This document shows, in pieces, positions 34,201 through 43,582 of a DNA stretch of 64,000 nucleotides; positions within the stretch are counted from its first letter, which is position 1; each line of letters begins with the position of its first letter. This DNA is from Lutibacter sp. Lineage in GTDB: Bacteria > Bacteroidota > Bacteroidia > Flavobacteriales > Flavobacteriaceae. The notes under the pieces were generated by a model that was given only the letters and a program-made list of their open reading frames with translations, ran no database searches and had not been told where the DNA came from. Where the stretch lies: assembly GCF_021647475.1 (NCBI RefSeq), contig NZ_JAKIUR010000001.1, positions 80,763 to 144,762 of the forward strand, in the 5' to 3' direction. The position numbers and the translations under genes are program-made.

Positions 34201-36897
34201 TTAAGAATTCAAAACTAGTCTTTTTACTAACAAATAACTAGCAAATAAAACAAATACTAAAATAACTATCCATCCTAAATAATCATTAGCATTAGTTATT
34301 AAATTAGATTCACCAATATACACAAAACTTGCCCAATAGTAAGGCGATTTTTTACTAGCTGAAATAGTTTTATCATTTAAGTAATCTAGTTTAGAATTGT
34401 GTAATGCAATGGCTTTATTGGCTGTTTTATTATATTCTTTATAAAACCCTGCCATTAATTTTTCGGTAGATTTATCGTTTACTTTCCAAAGTGAAACTAG
34501 TAAATTTTTAACTCCTGCATACGAAAATCCACGTGCTAAACTCATAGCTCCTTCTCCTTTTCTTAACGTTCCTAATCCTGTTTCACAGGCACTTAACACC
34601 AGTAAATCTGTTTGTAAATTATATCCGTAAATTTCGGGTAAATATAAAGTTTTATCATAAAATTCAATAGCTGGTGGCGTGTAGTAATTACCTGCAGTTG
34701 CATGTGTTGATAAATGAATTATTGAATATTTTTTGGCTTGCTTTTCAAATGCTTCTTTTGAAGCGTTCGAATTAAATAAAAACTGACCAGCTTCATAGTT
34801 TTTTATACTTTTAGCTTCCTGTATTGTATAACTAAGTTCAGATAAATTTCGGTGATTATTTTTAAAAACAGGAAAAAATCCTATAAAATTATTTTTATTA
34901 TTTTGAATAATTGTATTCTCATGCATTAAAATTGAAGCAGAAAATGCGTAACTAATTACAGTTTTATGAAGTAAATATGGTAATTTTTCAAAATTGAATA
35001 TTGAAGTTTTTTTAGTAATTAGTGCATCAAACGGAATAAATGAGAATAAGTCATCGGGTATTATAATTGTATTTTTATGGAGCTTAGTGTTAAATAGATT
35101 TTTGTATAATTTAAAACCTAATTCGGTATATTTTTGAACATTATTTTGTAAAGCAGTTCCTCTAGCATCTGCAAATAAATTTATAAATTCCGAAATTTGT
35201 TCATTAACCTTTTTTGTTTTAATAATTTTATTAATGCTAATTGGATTACTTTTTGAAATTGAAAAAACATAAATATTGCTTTTCCCATCAAAAAATTCAA
35301 CTAACAATTCATTATTTTTTAATAGTTTTTTTCTAACTTTTTTTACGGTTATTAAACTATCTTTTTGAAGTAGTATTTGTGGATATTTTAATTTAATTTG
35401 TTGTTTTAATAGCTGTATTTTATTCGAAATTTTATTTCGTTGTTTTGTTAAATTTACTAATAATGCTACGGAAGCTTTTTCTTCTTTTAAGGTTTCAATT
35501 ATTATACTTTTATTTAATTGAGCACTTTTAAAAGCTAATTTTTTTTCAAGAATAAACAAACTGTCATTTTTAAAGGGTGACTTTAAAAAAGTAGCTTCTT
35601 TTGCTTCTAACAACACTAAAGATTTAGATTGCTCTGCATACTGAAAACCTCTTTCAAGCCAAACATTATTACTAGTTTGCTGATATAATTTAAAGCACAA
35701 ATCTATACAACTTTCACTTCTGTTTCTATTTCCTTGCTGCTGTATTAATTTTGAATTTTGACTTAAATATGATGTTCTCAATTTATCTTCAACATTAAAG
35801 GCTAAATCAAAATTTTTTAATGCATTTTTATAATTATTTGTTTGAATAAGTGCATTTGCTCTTCCATCTAAAGATTCTTTTAAGGTGTTTTCTGGATAAA
35901 AATATAAGGTTAATGGATTTTCAAATACAGTTTTAGGATTGTATTTTGGCAACAATGTTTGTAAAGATTTTTGATAAAACCTTAATGCTTTTTCAAACTG
36001 CTTTTGTATTGTATAAACCTCAGCCTTTCGGTTGTAAATTTTAGCAACTTCTCTGTCATTTTTTCCAAATGCAATTTTAGCGGTTTTTAACGCTTTGTCA
36101 AATTCAATTAAAGCTTTGTCAAACTCTTTTTGTGTTATAAAACAATTTCCTAATGTAATGGCATTTCTTGTTGAAACTGAAAGGTTTCTTTTAATATTCA
36201 ATTTATTTGACAATAAACTGTTTTCTTTAGCTTTTTCAACTTCGTTTAAAAAGAAATAATCAATTGCTAAATCGGAATATAACCTAGATTTAATTGGTTT
36301 TTTAACACTTAAATCTAAGGCTAAATTTAAGTAGTTTATGGCTGATTTATAAGCTCCTTTTGTTCTATAAACTATCGCTAAATTAGAATATCCTGCTATT
36401 ATTTGAGCAGTGTTATTTTCCTTTTGAGCTTTTTCTATAGTAATTTTTAAGATATCTTCAGCTCTGTCAACATCGCCTAATCTTGTATAATTATTTGCCA
36501 AAGGTTTTAGGCAAAATTCAATAATATTATAATTTAGTATTCTTTTACTTTTGTATATGGCATATGCTTTTTCATATTGAATAATAGATTGATTTATAAA
36601 GCCAAATTGTTTTAAATAAAAAGCATAATTAATATATAAATAAAGTTGAGCCGTAAATTCTTTTTTATGGATAGGTTTACGCCATAATTTAGAGGTTATT
36701 TTTTTAAAAATAGATAATTTTTCTACTGAAGGATTTTTAGCAAACTCGTCTAAATACACATAAATATATTCTGAGTAATTATCTTGTTGCCTTAATGATT
36801 TAACTTTATCCTCAAAATTAATATCTGATTTTTGAGCAACCGCTAGTGCTGAAAAAAATATAAAAATAACTACATTAATTTTAGTTAACATAAGCAT
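34201..36897 (-). CDS. TPR + CHAT (caspase-like cysteine protease) protein with signal peptide and C-terminal TM anchor
   Basis: TPR array; CHAT motifs IIPDDLFSFIPFDAL, IHLSTHA (His), VLSACETG (Cys), LWKVND, PYYWASF; C-terminal TM. Confidence 0.9.
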   Translation of the reverse strand: MLMLTKINVVIFIFFSALAVAQKSDINFEDKVKSLRQQDNYSEYIYVYLDEFAKNPSVEKLSIFKKITSKLWRKPIHKKEFTAQLYLYINYAFYLKQFGFINQSIIQYEKAYAIYKSKRILNYNIIEFCLKPLANNYTRLGDVDRAEDILKITIEKAQKENNTAQIIAGYSNLAIVYRTKGAYKSAINYLNLALDLSVKKPIKSRLYSDLAIDYFFLNEVEKAKENSLLSNKLNIKRNLSVSTRNAITLGNCFITQKEFDKALIEFDKALKTAKIAFGKNDREVAKIYNRKAEVYTIQKQFEKALRFYQKSLQTLLPKYNPKTVFENPLTLYFYPENTLKESLDGRANALIQTNNYKNALKNFDLAFNVEDKLRTSYLSQNSKLIQQQGNRNRSESCIDLCFKLYQQTSNNVWLERGFQYAEQSKSLVLLEAKEATFLKSPFKNDSLFILEKKLAFKSAQLNKSIIIETLKEEKASVALLVNLTKQRNKISNKIQLLKQQIKLKYPQILLQKDSLITVKKVRKKLLKNNELLVEFFDGKSNIYVFSISKSNPISINKIIKTKKVNEQISEFINLFADARGTALQNNVQKYTELGFKLYKNLFNTKLHKNTIIIPDDLFSFIPFDALITKKTSIFNFEKLPYLLHKTVISYAFSASILMHENTIIQNNKNNFIGFFPVFKNNHRNLSELSYTIQEAKSIKNYEAGQFLFNSNASKEAFEKQAKKYSIIHLSTHATAGNYYTPPAIEFYDKTLYLPEIYGYNLQTDLLVLSACETGLGTLRKGEGAMSLARGFSYAGVKNLLVSLWKVNDKSTEKLMAGFYKEYNKTANKAIALHNSKLDYLNDKTISASKKSPYYWASFVYIGESNLITNANDYLGWIVILVFVLFASYLLVKRLVLNS

Positions 36898-36900
36898 CTT

Positions 36901-38889
36901 TTATATTTTCCAAATGGCATAAAAATGAAGTTGGGAATGAGGTTCATTAAAATTATAGATATAACGTATGCCAATGCTTGGCCCAATTCTAGCGGCTCCA
37001 ATAGTAATATCACCAAAAATACCGTATTTAATATCTTTAAATGAAGATTTATTTTCAAATGTTCTGGTTTCATTGAGTGTATCAATTGGATCTCCTACAG
37101 TATTTTTATAATAGGTGAAATAACTCGAATTTATAGTATTGTTTGATTTATTAGAAATATCAAATGAAAGTTGAGGTCCAACTCCCAAACCAAAAATGCC
37201 ATTCAAATTATAACGAAAAGAAACAGGAACAACATCAATATTTAATTCGGTAATTTTTGAAGTTATATCATCAAACCGTATGGCACTATCAATTATACCT
37301 GCCTGAGTGTCAATTGGCCCAATAATTTCACTGGCATTTTTAAAATCTGCAAATTTATGAGTAGAAATCATTAACTCTGCTTGTAAATATTTTTTATATG
37401 ATTTATAGGGAGAAATAGTGGCTCCAACAAAATAACTTTTAGAGTTTTTTACATTTAAATAACTATTATAACCCGATTTTACTCCAATCGAAATTCCTGG
37501 AGAAAACCGAGACGTTGACGTATTTGTAATTATGGGTTCGTTTTTATCAAAAATTATTTCGGTTTTACTTTTTGATTTCTTTTTATGAAAATCTTTTCCA
37601 AATTTTAAAGAATATTTTACAAATCCTTTGGTAGAATCTTTATCGTGCACTCCTTTTTGGGCTGTTCCTGGAAGATAGATGTTTTTAAATTGAAATGAAA
37701 TTTTATCTTTACTAATAATTGTATCTAAACAACTATATCGGACTTCTGTATCTGGACAAATTGGACATTTAGGATACATATCGAGTACCTTTAACGTTGA
37801 TTTATCTAACATTTCAGGAATATCAACATTTAATTTAATTAATCTGGCAGGTCCTTCGCCATTATTTTGGAATTGAACTTTGTATTTTAATCGTTTAAAA
37901 CGAACCAATCTATAATTTAACCGAGTATCATAAACTGCCATTTTATTTGGATCGTGTGAGGTTACAATTTCCATTTCTTTAGTAATTACTTTATGTGAAT
38001 CGCCACTGCGTTCAGGGACATAAATACTTCTGATTGAAATTACGGCACTGGTATCTTTTAGCATTTCGGGTGTAGTTTTAAAACTAAAAAACATATTGCG
38101 TGTTTCATTGGCATCTAAATTATCAACATCATAAATTTTAACATCTTGATAATATGCTTCTGCATCCTTTAATGTTTGTGGAAAATTTTGCTTTAAAGTA
38201 TCATTTCCAATTAAGTTCTTATCAATAAAAGTAGTAATACCTGTGCTTTTTATAAATTCATCTTTTGAAATATATTTATTGTTATCTGCAACTGTTTTTG
38301 AAAAAACTTCACTTTCATTATGGTACAATCTAACAGCTACTAAATCAAAATTTTTGGCTTTATATTTTTTTTCATTAAAAAATAGATAAATTTTTCCATT
38401 AGTTATATATTCTTTTGAATTGCCATAACTTAAAACTAATTGTATTTCTTCATCTGGTTTTGGATCTCTATTTATTTGCAATCTAAAACCATTATGTGCT
38501 GCTAATAAATAATGATTTTCATTTTCTGAAATAGCAAACTTTTCTTCATTTACAGTTACCTCTTTTGGACGTGTAGTAGGTGGTTTACCATCATCATAAT
38601 TATTAGTTACTGAAAGTTGTACTTTGTAATTTCCTTTATTTTTATAAACATGCTTTGGTTCCTTTTCAAAACTATAATTTCCATCACCAAACTCCCAATA
38701 ATAGGTGTAAAATGCTTTAGGTGCTCCAGCAATTTGATTTAACTGAGGTGTTTGCGGATTAAAAAAAACTTTATTCTCATCCACCGTATAATTAATAGTT
38801 GCAGACCTATTAATTGTATCATTTTCAATTTCTTGTGCGTAAAAACACGTTTGAAATAATAAAAAAAAGAGTATAAAATAATTTTTCAT
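36901..38889 (-). CDS. PKD-domain + Ig-like (DUF7619-type) + C-terminal beta-barrel exported protein
   Basis: PKD YYWEFGDG...PKHVY..KGNYKVQL; SHDPN...YKVQFQNNGEGPA Ig module; alternating beta-strand C-terminus. Confidence 0.7.
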   Translation of the reverse strand: MKNYFILFFLLFQTCFYAQEIENDTINRSATINYTVDENKVFFNPQTPQLNQIAGAPKAFYTYYWEFGDGNYSFEKEPKHVYKNKGNYKVQLSVTNNYDDGKPPTTRPKEVTVNEEKFAISENENHYLLAAHNGFRLQINRDPKPDEEIQLVLSYGNSKEYITNGKIYLFFNEKKYKAKNFDLVAVRLYHNESEVFSKTVADNNKYISKDEFIKSTGITTFIDKNLIGNDTLKQNFPQTLKDAEAYYQDVKIYDVDNLDANETRNMFFSFKTTPEMLKDTSAVISIRSIYVPERSGDSHKVITKEMEIVTSHDPNKMAVYDTRLNYRLVRFKRLKYKVQFQNNGEGPARLIKLNVDIPEMLDKSTLKVLDMYPKCPICPDTEVRYSCLDTIISKDKISFQFKNIYLPGTAQKGVHDKDSTKGFVKYSLKFGKDFHKKKSKSKTEIIFDKNEPIITNTSTSRFSPGISIGVKSGYNSYLNVKNSKSYFVGATISPYKSYKKYLQAELMISTHKFADFKNASEIIGPIDTQAGIIDSAIRFDDITSKITELNIDVVPVSFRYNLNGIFGLGVGPQLSFDISNKSNNTINSSYFTYYKNTVGDPIDTLNETRTFENKSSFKDIKYGIFGDITIGAARIGPSIGIRYIYNFNEPHSQLHFYAIWKI

Positions 38890-38947
38890 AGTTAGTAGAT
38901 TTAAACAAATATAAAGAAAGCATTTTAATTAATTTTTTTAATGAGAT

Positions 38948-38978
38948 AATCTCCCTTGCAATTAAGCCAAGGGAGATT
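38948..38978 (-). terminator. Hairpin terminator after the lipoprotein gene
   Basis: AATCTCCCTTG / CAAGGGAGATT 11-bp inverted repeat. Confidence 0.7.
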
Positions 38979-39007
38979 TTACTTATTTACTACAATTTGT
39001 GGGGATA

Positions 39008-40033
39008 CTATGGCAGTCCGTTAATTAAAGCTTCTAAAGCTGGTTGTGTTATTGGAGTTAAACTTGAAATAACTTCTATATGACCATCAACAATTGTTGT
39101 TCCTTGTATTGCATAATTTAGTTGTCCGTTTATTTCTGCAACCATAATAATGTGAACTTGTTGTCCTATTGGAATCATTCCATAATGTTCAGTAAACATT
39201 TCAAGTGCTGTATCCCAAACATCCATTCTTGCTAAAGCTGTTGGCTCTCCATCGTATGATAAATACACTGCACAATTCTCTTGGTTAAATTCATTTGGCA
39301 CATCAATATAAAGTTGAGTTTTAGGTCCTGTAAAGTTGTACCATCTGTCAAGATTAGTCCAACCAAAATCACCAATATCATAGTTGTAAGTTGCAAATTC
39401 GCCATTTGCACCTCCTCCATCTTTAATTTGAGCATTATCATTTTCCCCATCATTATCCTCATCAGTTTCAATCCAATTTCCATTTGTATCATCATCTCCT
39501 CTAAAAATTTGCATTCCGCCATCTAAATCTGCAAAATCAATAGGTCTGCTTTCCACTGAAGCCATTTCTAATAATTCTAAATTATTTGTGTCTTGTTCGG
39601 CATTTATAAAAAATTCTCCTGCTGATTTTAATACTTCTTTGTCTCCGTTAGCTCTCATTCCTAAGGTTGACTTATTTTTCAAAAGCATGGAAGCTTTATC
39701 ATAAATCTCAATTAATTTTACGGTTACATTTCCTGTTACTGGTGTTCCATTTAATCCGAAAGAATTTGGCTGAAATGTTACTTTAGTTCCTTGTGTTCCT
39801 GTAATAACACCACCTGTTGAGGCATCAATAGTAAATTCTTGTACTGCATTGGCTCTGTTGTCATCAAACCTTTGATTAAGTGCTGCTCCATCTGGCAACG
39901 GTGGCTGTATATCTTCTTTTGGATTACAGCTAGTAACAAATACTAATAATGATATGCCTACCACATTTTTTAAAATACTGCTCACAACTTTCCTTTTATT
40001 AAAGTTTGTGAAATTTTGTTTTTTGTTTTTCAT
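39008..40033 (-). CDS. Hypothetical lipoprotein
   Basis: Lipobox FVTS-C; divergent from the ECF sigma gene. Confidence 0.75.
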   Translation of the reverse strand: MKNKKQNFTNFNKRKVVSSILKNVVGISLLVFVTSCNPKEDIQPPLPDGAALNQRFDDNRANAVQEFTIDASTGGVITGTQGTKVTFQPNSFGLNGTPVTGNVTVKLIEIYDKASMLLKNKSTLGMRANGDKEVLKSAGEFFINAEQDTNNLELLEMASVESRPIDFADLDGGMQIFRGDDDTNGNWIETDEDNDGENDNAQIKDGGGANGEFATYNYDIGDFGWTNLDRWYNFTGPKTQLYIDVPNEFNQENCAVYLSYDGEPTALARMDVWDTALEMFTEHYGMIPIGQQVHIIMVAEINGQLNYAIQGTTIVDGHIEVISSLTPITQPALEALINGLP

Positions 40034-40149
40034 AATTATTAAAATTTAATTGTTTTTAATTTCGTTTTACATTTACATATCAACTAAATTTTATTTTGTT
40101 ACCTCTTTTTCTTTAAAAAAAATTAAATTAGCTATCTGTAGCTAAAAAA

Positions 40150-40725
40150 ATGAAACAAAAACCGCATAAAGATCACTTATATATTGAGGCCTTATTAAAA
40201 AACGACAGTAGGGTGCTTTCTAAAATTTATGAGAAGTATTCTTATAAAATTGTTTCTTATGTTAGAAAAAACAGTGGAAATTCAGATGATGCACAAGATA
40301 TTATTCAAGAAGTGTTGGTTACCATATATCATCAAGCAAAAGAGAAAAACTTTATACTTACTTGTCCGTTTGATGCTTATTTTTATTTGTTATGTAAACG
40401 TAAATGGTTAAATGAATTAAAAAAAAGAGGGAATACTAGGGTAACAATTTTAGATGATGACATATCTATTACTGAAGAGCAAGAACAACAAGTTGAAGAA
40501 ACTGAAATTTTTGAACTGCAACATCAGCTTTTTGAATTAAAATTTAAAGAATTAGGTAAAAAATGTCAAGAATTATTAAAAACATCCTTTAAAATTAAAT
40601 CCATGGAAAAAGTTGCAAAAATTTTAGGCGTTACTTATGGATATGCTCGCAAAAAGAAATCAGAATGTATGAAAAAATTAACCCTACTTGTGAAAAATTC
40701 GAGAGAATATCATCAGTTAAAATAG
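40150..40725 (+). CDS. ECF sigma-70 family factor
   Basis: Region 2 DAQDIIQEVLVTIY; region 4 MEKVAKILGVTYGYARKKK. Confidence 0.88.
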   Translation: MKQKPHKDHLYIEALLKNDSRVLSKIYEKYSYKIVSYVRKNSGNSDDAQDIIQEVLVTIYHQAKEKNFILTCPFDAYFYLLCKRKWLNELKKRGNTRVTILDDDISITEEQEQQVEETEIFELQHQLFELKFKELGKKCQELLKTSFKIKSMEKVAKILGVTYGYARKKKSECMKKLTLLVKNSREYHQLK

Positions 40726-40735
40726 TATTATTAAA

Positions 40736-41473
40736 ATGAAAGAAGATAGATACATATTATTTGAAAATTACTTAACGAATAAACTTTCTAATACCGAACT
40801 TCAATCTTTTGAAAAAAAATTAGAAAAGGATACTGATTTTAAACAAGAATTTGAAATTTATAAAAATTTAAATACTTCATTAAAATCTAAGTTTGAAAAT
40901 GAAGAATCTGAAATAGCACTTAAAAAAACCTTAAATAATTTAGGATCTCAGTTTATTAAACACAACAAATCAAAAAAACAAAAAGTAATTTCATTATTTA
41001 ATTATAAAAGTTTAATGATAGCTGCTAGTATTGCATTATTGGTTAGTTTATTTATATTTAAAAACGGAAAGCCTGTTTATAGTGATTTTTCCAATCATAA
41101 CGCTTTAGAAATAGTTGTTAGAGGTGAAAATAATGGCACTGTTGTTAAAGCTGAAAACGCATTCAATTCAAAAAATTATAAAGAAGCATTACAACAATTA
41201 ACCATTTTATCTAATACCTATCCAAACGATACTGAAATTAAATTATACCAAGGGATTTCTAACCTTGAATTAGGGAATTATACAAATGCAGAAACTATTT
41301 TTAATAAAATTAGTGAAGGAAATTCAGCTTTTGCAACTACAGCAACTTGGTATAAAGCATTAAATTATTTAAAACAAAAAGAGTTTAAAAAGTGTAAAGA
41401 AGTTTTAAAAACGATTCCTAAAAGTGCTGATAAATTTGGACAAGCTAAAAAATTATTGAATAAATTAAAGTAA
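40736..41473 (+). CDS. TM-TPR protein, putative anti-sigma factor
   Basis: N-terminal YL.N.LS..E...FE..L..D..F anti-sigma-like segment, one TM, C-terminal TPRs. Confidence 0.7.
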   Translation: MKEDRYILFENYLTNKLSNTELQSFEKKLEKDTDFKQEFEIYKNLNTSLKSKFENEESEIALKKTLNNLGSQFIKHNKSKKQKVISLFNYKSLMIAASIALLVSLFIFKNGKPVYSDFSNHNALEIVVRGENNGTVVKAENAFNSKNYKEALQQLTILSNTYPNDTEIKLYQGISNLELGNYTNAETIFNKISEGNSAFATTATWYKALNYLKQKEFKKCKEVLKTIPKSADKFGQAKKLLNKLK

Positions 41474-41484
41474 AACACTAAATT

Positions 41485-42210
41485 CTAATTGCTATTTTTC
41501 TTTAAATAATAGGGTAACAATTTATTTTTTCCGTGCTCAAATCGTGTTTGGCAATTATCAATTTTACCTTCATATTTTAATTCATTTGGCACCTCTAAGT
41601 TAAAAATACCTTTCCCTTTTGCCATTTTTTCTAATCTGTGAATAGCTTTAAAAGTTAGTTTATGGTACAACGGTTGAAGGATTTTACATTGCTCAATTTC
41701 GCCATAAGTTAAATCCCAGAGTTTCGCTTTTTCTCCCTTTATAATTTCTTTAGAAAAGTAAACCTCCTTTAGCAATGGAAATGCAAATTCAAATACTTTT
41801 TGTGAACCATTGTTCGCAAATAATACAATTTCTTTATTTCTAACAATAAAAAAACGAATTAAAAAATTATCCATTTTTGATAATTGATTGGCGGCAATAG
41901 ATGCAATTCCAATGCTTTTTATTTCATGACCTTTCTTTTTTCTTTCAGCATCAAACCAATAATAAAAATCTCTAATTTGACTAATAGTTCTATATTTTAA
42001 ATTTCCATTTGTTACAGATATATTAAAAACATTGGCTTTATTCCAAACTTCAGTTTGTTTTTTTCGGTCTTTCTTTAACCAGCAACCATTTATTAAAATA
42101 GGATTCCCAGTTTCAATTTGATAAGCTTTTAGCGTCTTCCATTCTTGAGCATTGGAATACTTAAAAACAAGCAACATAAGTACTATTATTATATATTTTA
42201 TTTTCATCAA
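41485..42210 (-). CDS. Hypothetical exported protein
   Basis: Signal peptide ending SNA-Q; no recognisable domain. Confidence 0.65.
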   Translation of the reverse strand: MMKIKYIIIVLMLLVFKYSNAQEWKTLKAYQIETGNPILINGCWLKKDRKKQTEVWNKANVFNISVTNGNLKYRTISQIRDFYYWFDAERKKKGHEIKSIGIASIAANQLSKMDNFLIRFFIVRNKEIVLFANNGSQKVFEFAFPLLKEVYFSKEIIKGEKAKLWDLTYGEIEQCKILQPLYHKLTFKAIHRLEKMAKGKGIFNLEVPNELKYEGKIDNCQTRFEHGKNKLLPYYLKKNSN

Positions 42211-42310
42211 TCTACAGAGGTTTAACCATAAACTAAAGTAGCCATAAAATGGATGTCAGTGACAAAAATTTCAATAAAAAGGTTTACAAGTTTTTAATTA
42301 CTTTTACGCT

Positions 42311-43078
42311 ATGATAATTACAGATACACACACCCATTTATATAGTGAACAGTTTGATGAAGACAGAAATGAAATGATTCAGCGTGCTATAAAAGCTGGT
42401 GTTACTCGGTTTTTTATTCCTGCCATAGACTCATCGTACTATCAAAATATGCTTAATCTTGAAAAGGAATTTCCAAAGAATACTTACTTAATGACTGGTT
42501 TGCATCCGACTTCAGTTAAAGAAAATTTTGAAGAAGAATTAGCTTTTGTACAAAACACTTTGATTGAACGTAATTTTTATGGAATTGGTGAAATTGGCAT
42601 CGATTTATATTGGGATAAATCATTTTTAAAACAACAACAGTTTGCTTTTAAAACTCAAATTAAATGGGCGAAAGAAAAAAAATTACCTATAATAATCCAT
42701 TGCAGAGACGCTTTTAATGAAGTTTTTGAAATTTTAGAAAAAGAAAATGATGAAGATTTGTTCGGAATTTTTCATTGTTTTACCGGAACATTAGAGCAAG
42801 CAAATAAAGCAATATCGTATGATATGAAATTAGGAATTGGTGGAGTTGTTACCTTTAAAAATGGTAAAATTGACCAGTTTTTGAACCAAATTCCTATTAA
42901 AAATATTGTATTAGAAACCGATGCACCATATTTAGCTCCAACACCTTTTAGAGGAAAAAGAAATGAGAGTAGTTACATAATTAAAGTTGTAGAAAAATTA
43001 GCTGAAATTTATAATATTTCACAAGAAGAAATTGCTAACATAACCACTCAAAACTCAAAAAATATTTTTGGAATCTAA
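42311..43078 (+). CDS. tatD: TatD-family DNase
   Basis: DTHTHL, GEIGID, IHCR, FHCF, LETDAPYLAP. Confidence 0.93.
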   Translation: MIITDTHTHLYSEQFDEDRNEMIQRAIKAGVTRFFIPAIDSSYYQNMLNLEKEFPKNTYLMTGLHPTSVKENFEEELAFVQNTLIERNFYGIGEIGIDLYWDKSFLKQQQFAFKTQIKWAKEKKLPIIIHCRDAFNEVFEILEKENDEDLFGIFHCFTGTLEQANKAISYDMKLGIGGVVTFKNGKIDQFLNQIPIKNIVLETDAPYLAPTPFRGKRNESSYIIKVVEKLAEIYNISQEEIANITTQNSKNIFGI

Positions 43079-43550
43079 TCAAACTACATATTATAAAACA
43101 CCTATTGGAACTGCCAAAATTATAGGTAATGACCTTGGAATTTCAAGCATTACAGTTATTGATGATGAAATTGAAACCACAAAAAATATATCTGAATTTT
43201 TAACGGATTGCGTACAACAATTAGATGAATATTTTAAAGGCAAACGCACAGAATTTACATTAAAGTTAAATCCAAAAGGAACTGATTTTCAAAAAAAAGT
43301 ATGGTCTGAGTTACTAAATATTCCTTACGGTAAAACACGAACGTATTTAGAGCAAACTAAAAAACTAGGTAATGTAAAAGCTATTAGAGCGGTAGCTTCT
43401 GCAAACGGTAAAAATCCTATTTGGATTGTAATTCCGTGCCATAGAATTATTGGAAGTGATGGTTCATTAACAGGTTATGCAGGTGGATTATGGCGTAAAA
43501 AATGGTTGTTAGCTCATGAAAGTCCTGCAAAACAACAAACACTATTTTAA
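43068..43550 (+). CDS. ogt: Methylated-DNA-protein-cysteine methyltransferase
   Basis: GTDFQKKVW, RAVASA, IPCHRII active site. Confidence 0.93.
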   Translation: MESNQTTYYKTPIGTAKIIGNDLGISSITVIDDEIETTKNISEFLTDCVQQLDEYFKGKRTEFTLKLNPKGTDFQKKVWSELLNIPYGKTRTYLEQTKKLGNVKAIRAVASANGKNPIWIVIPCHRIIGSDGSLTGYAGGLWRKKWLLAHESPAKQQTLF

Positions 43551-43582
43551 ACTAAAACGAATTTTAAATCGTTAAATTACCT

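Noticed and set aside
40060-40105. GGTAAC...TTGATA upstream of the 39008-40033 lipoprotein as the promoter of the second ECF sigma
   Set aside because: No second copy in a promoter position could be found in the window, so no motif can be defined.
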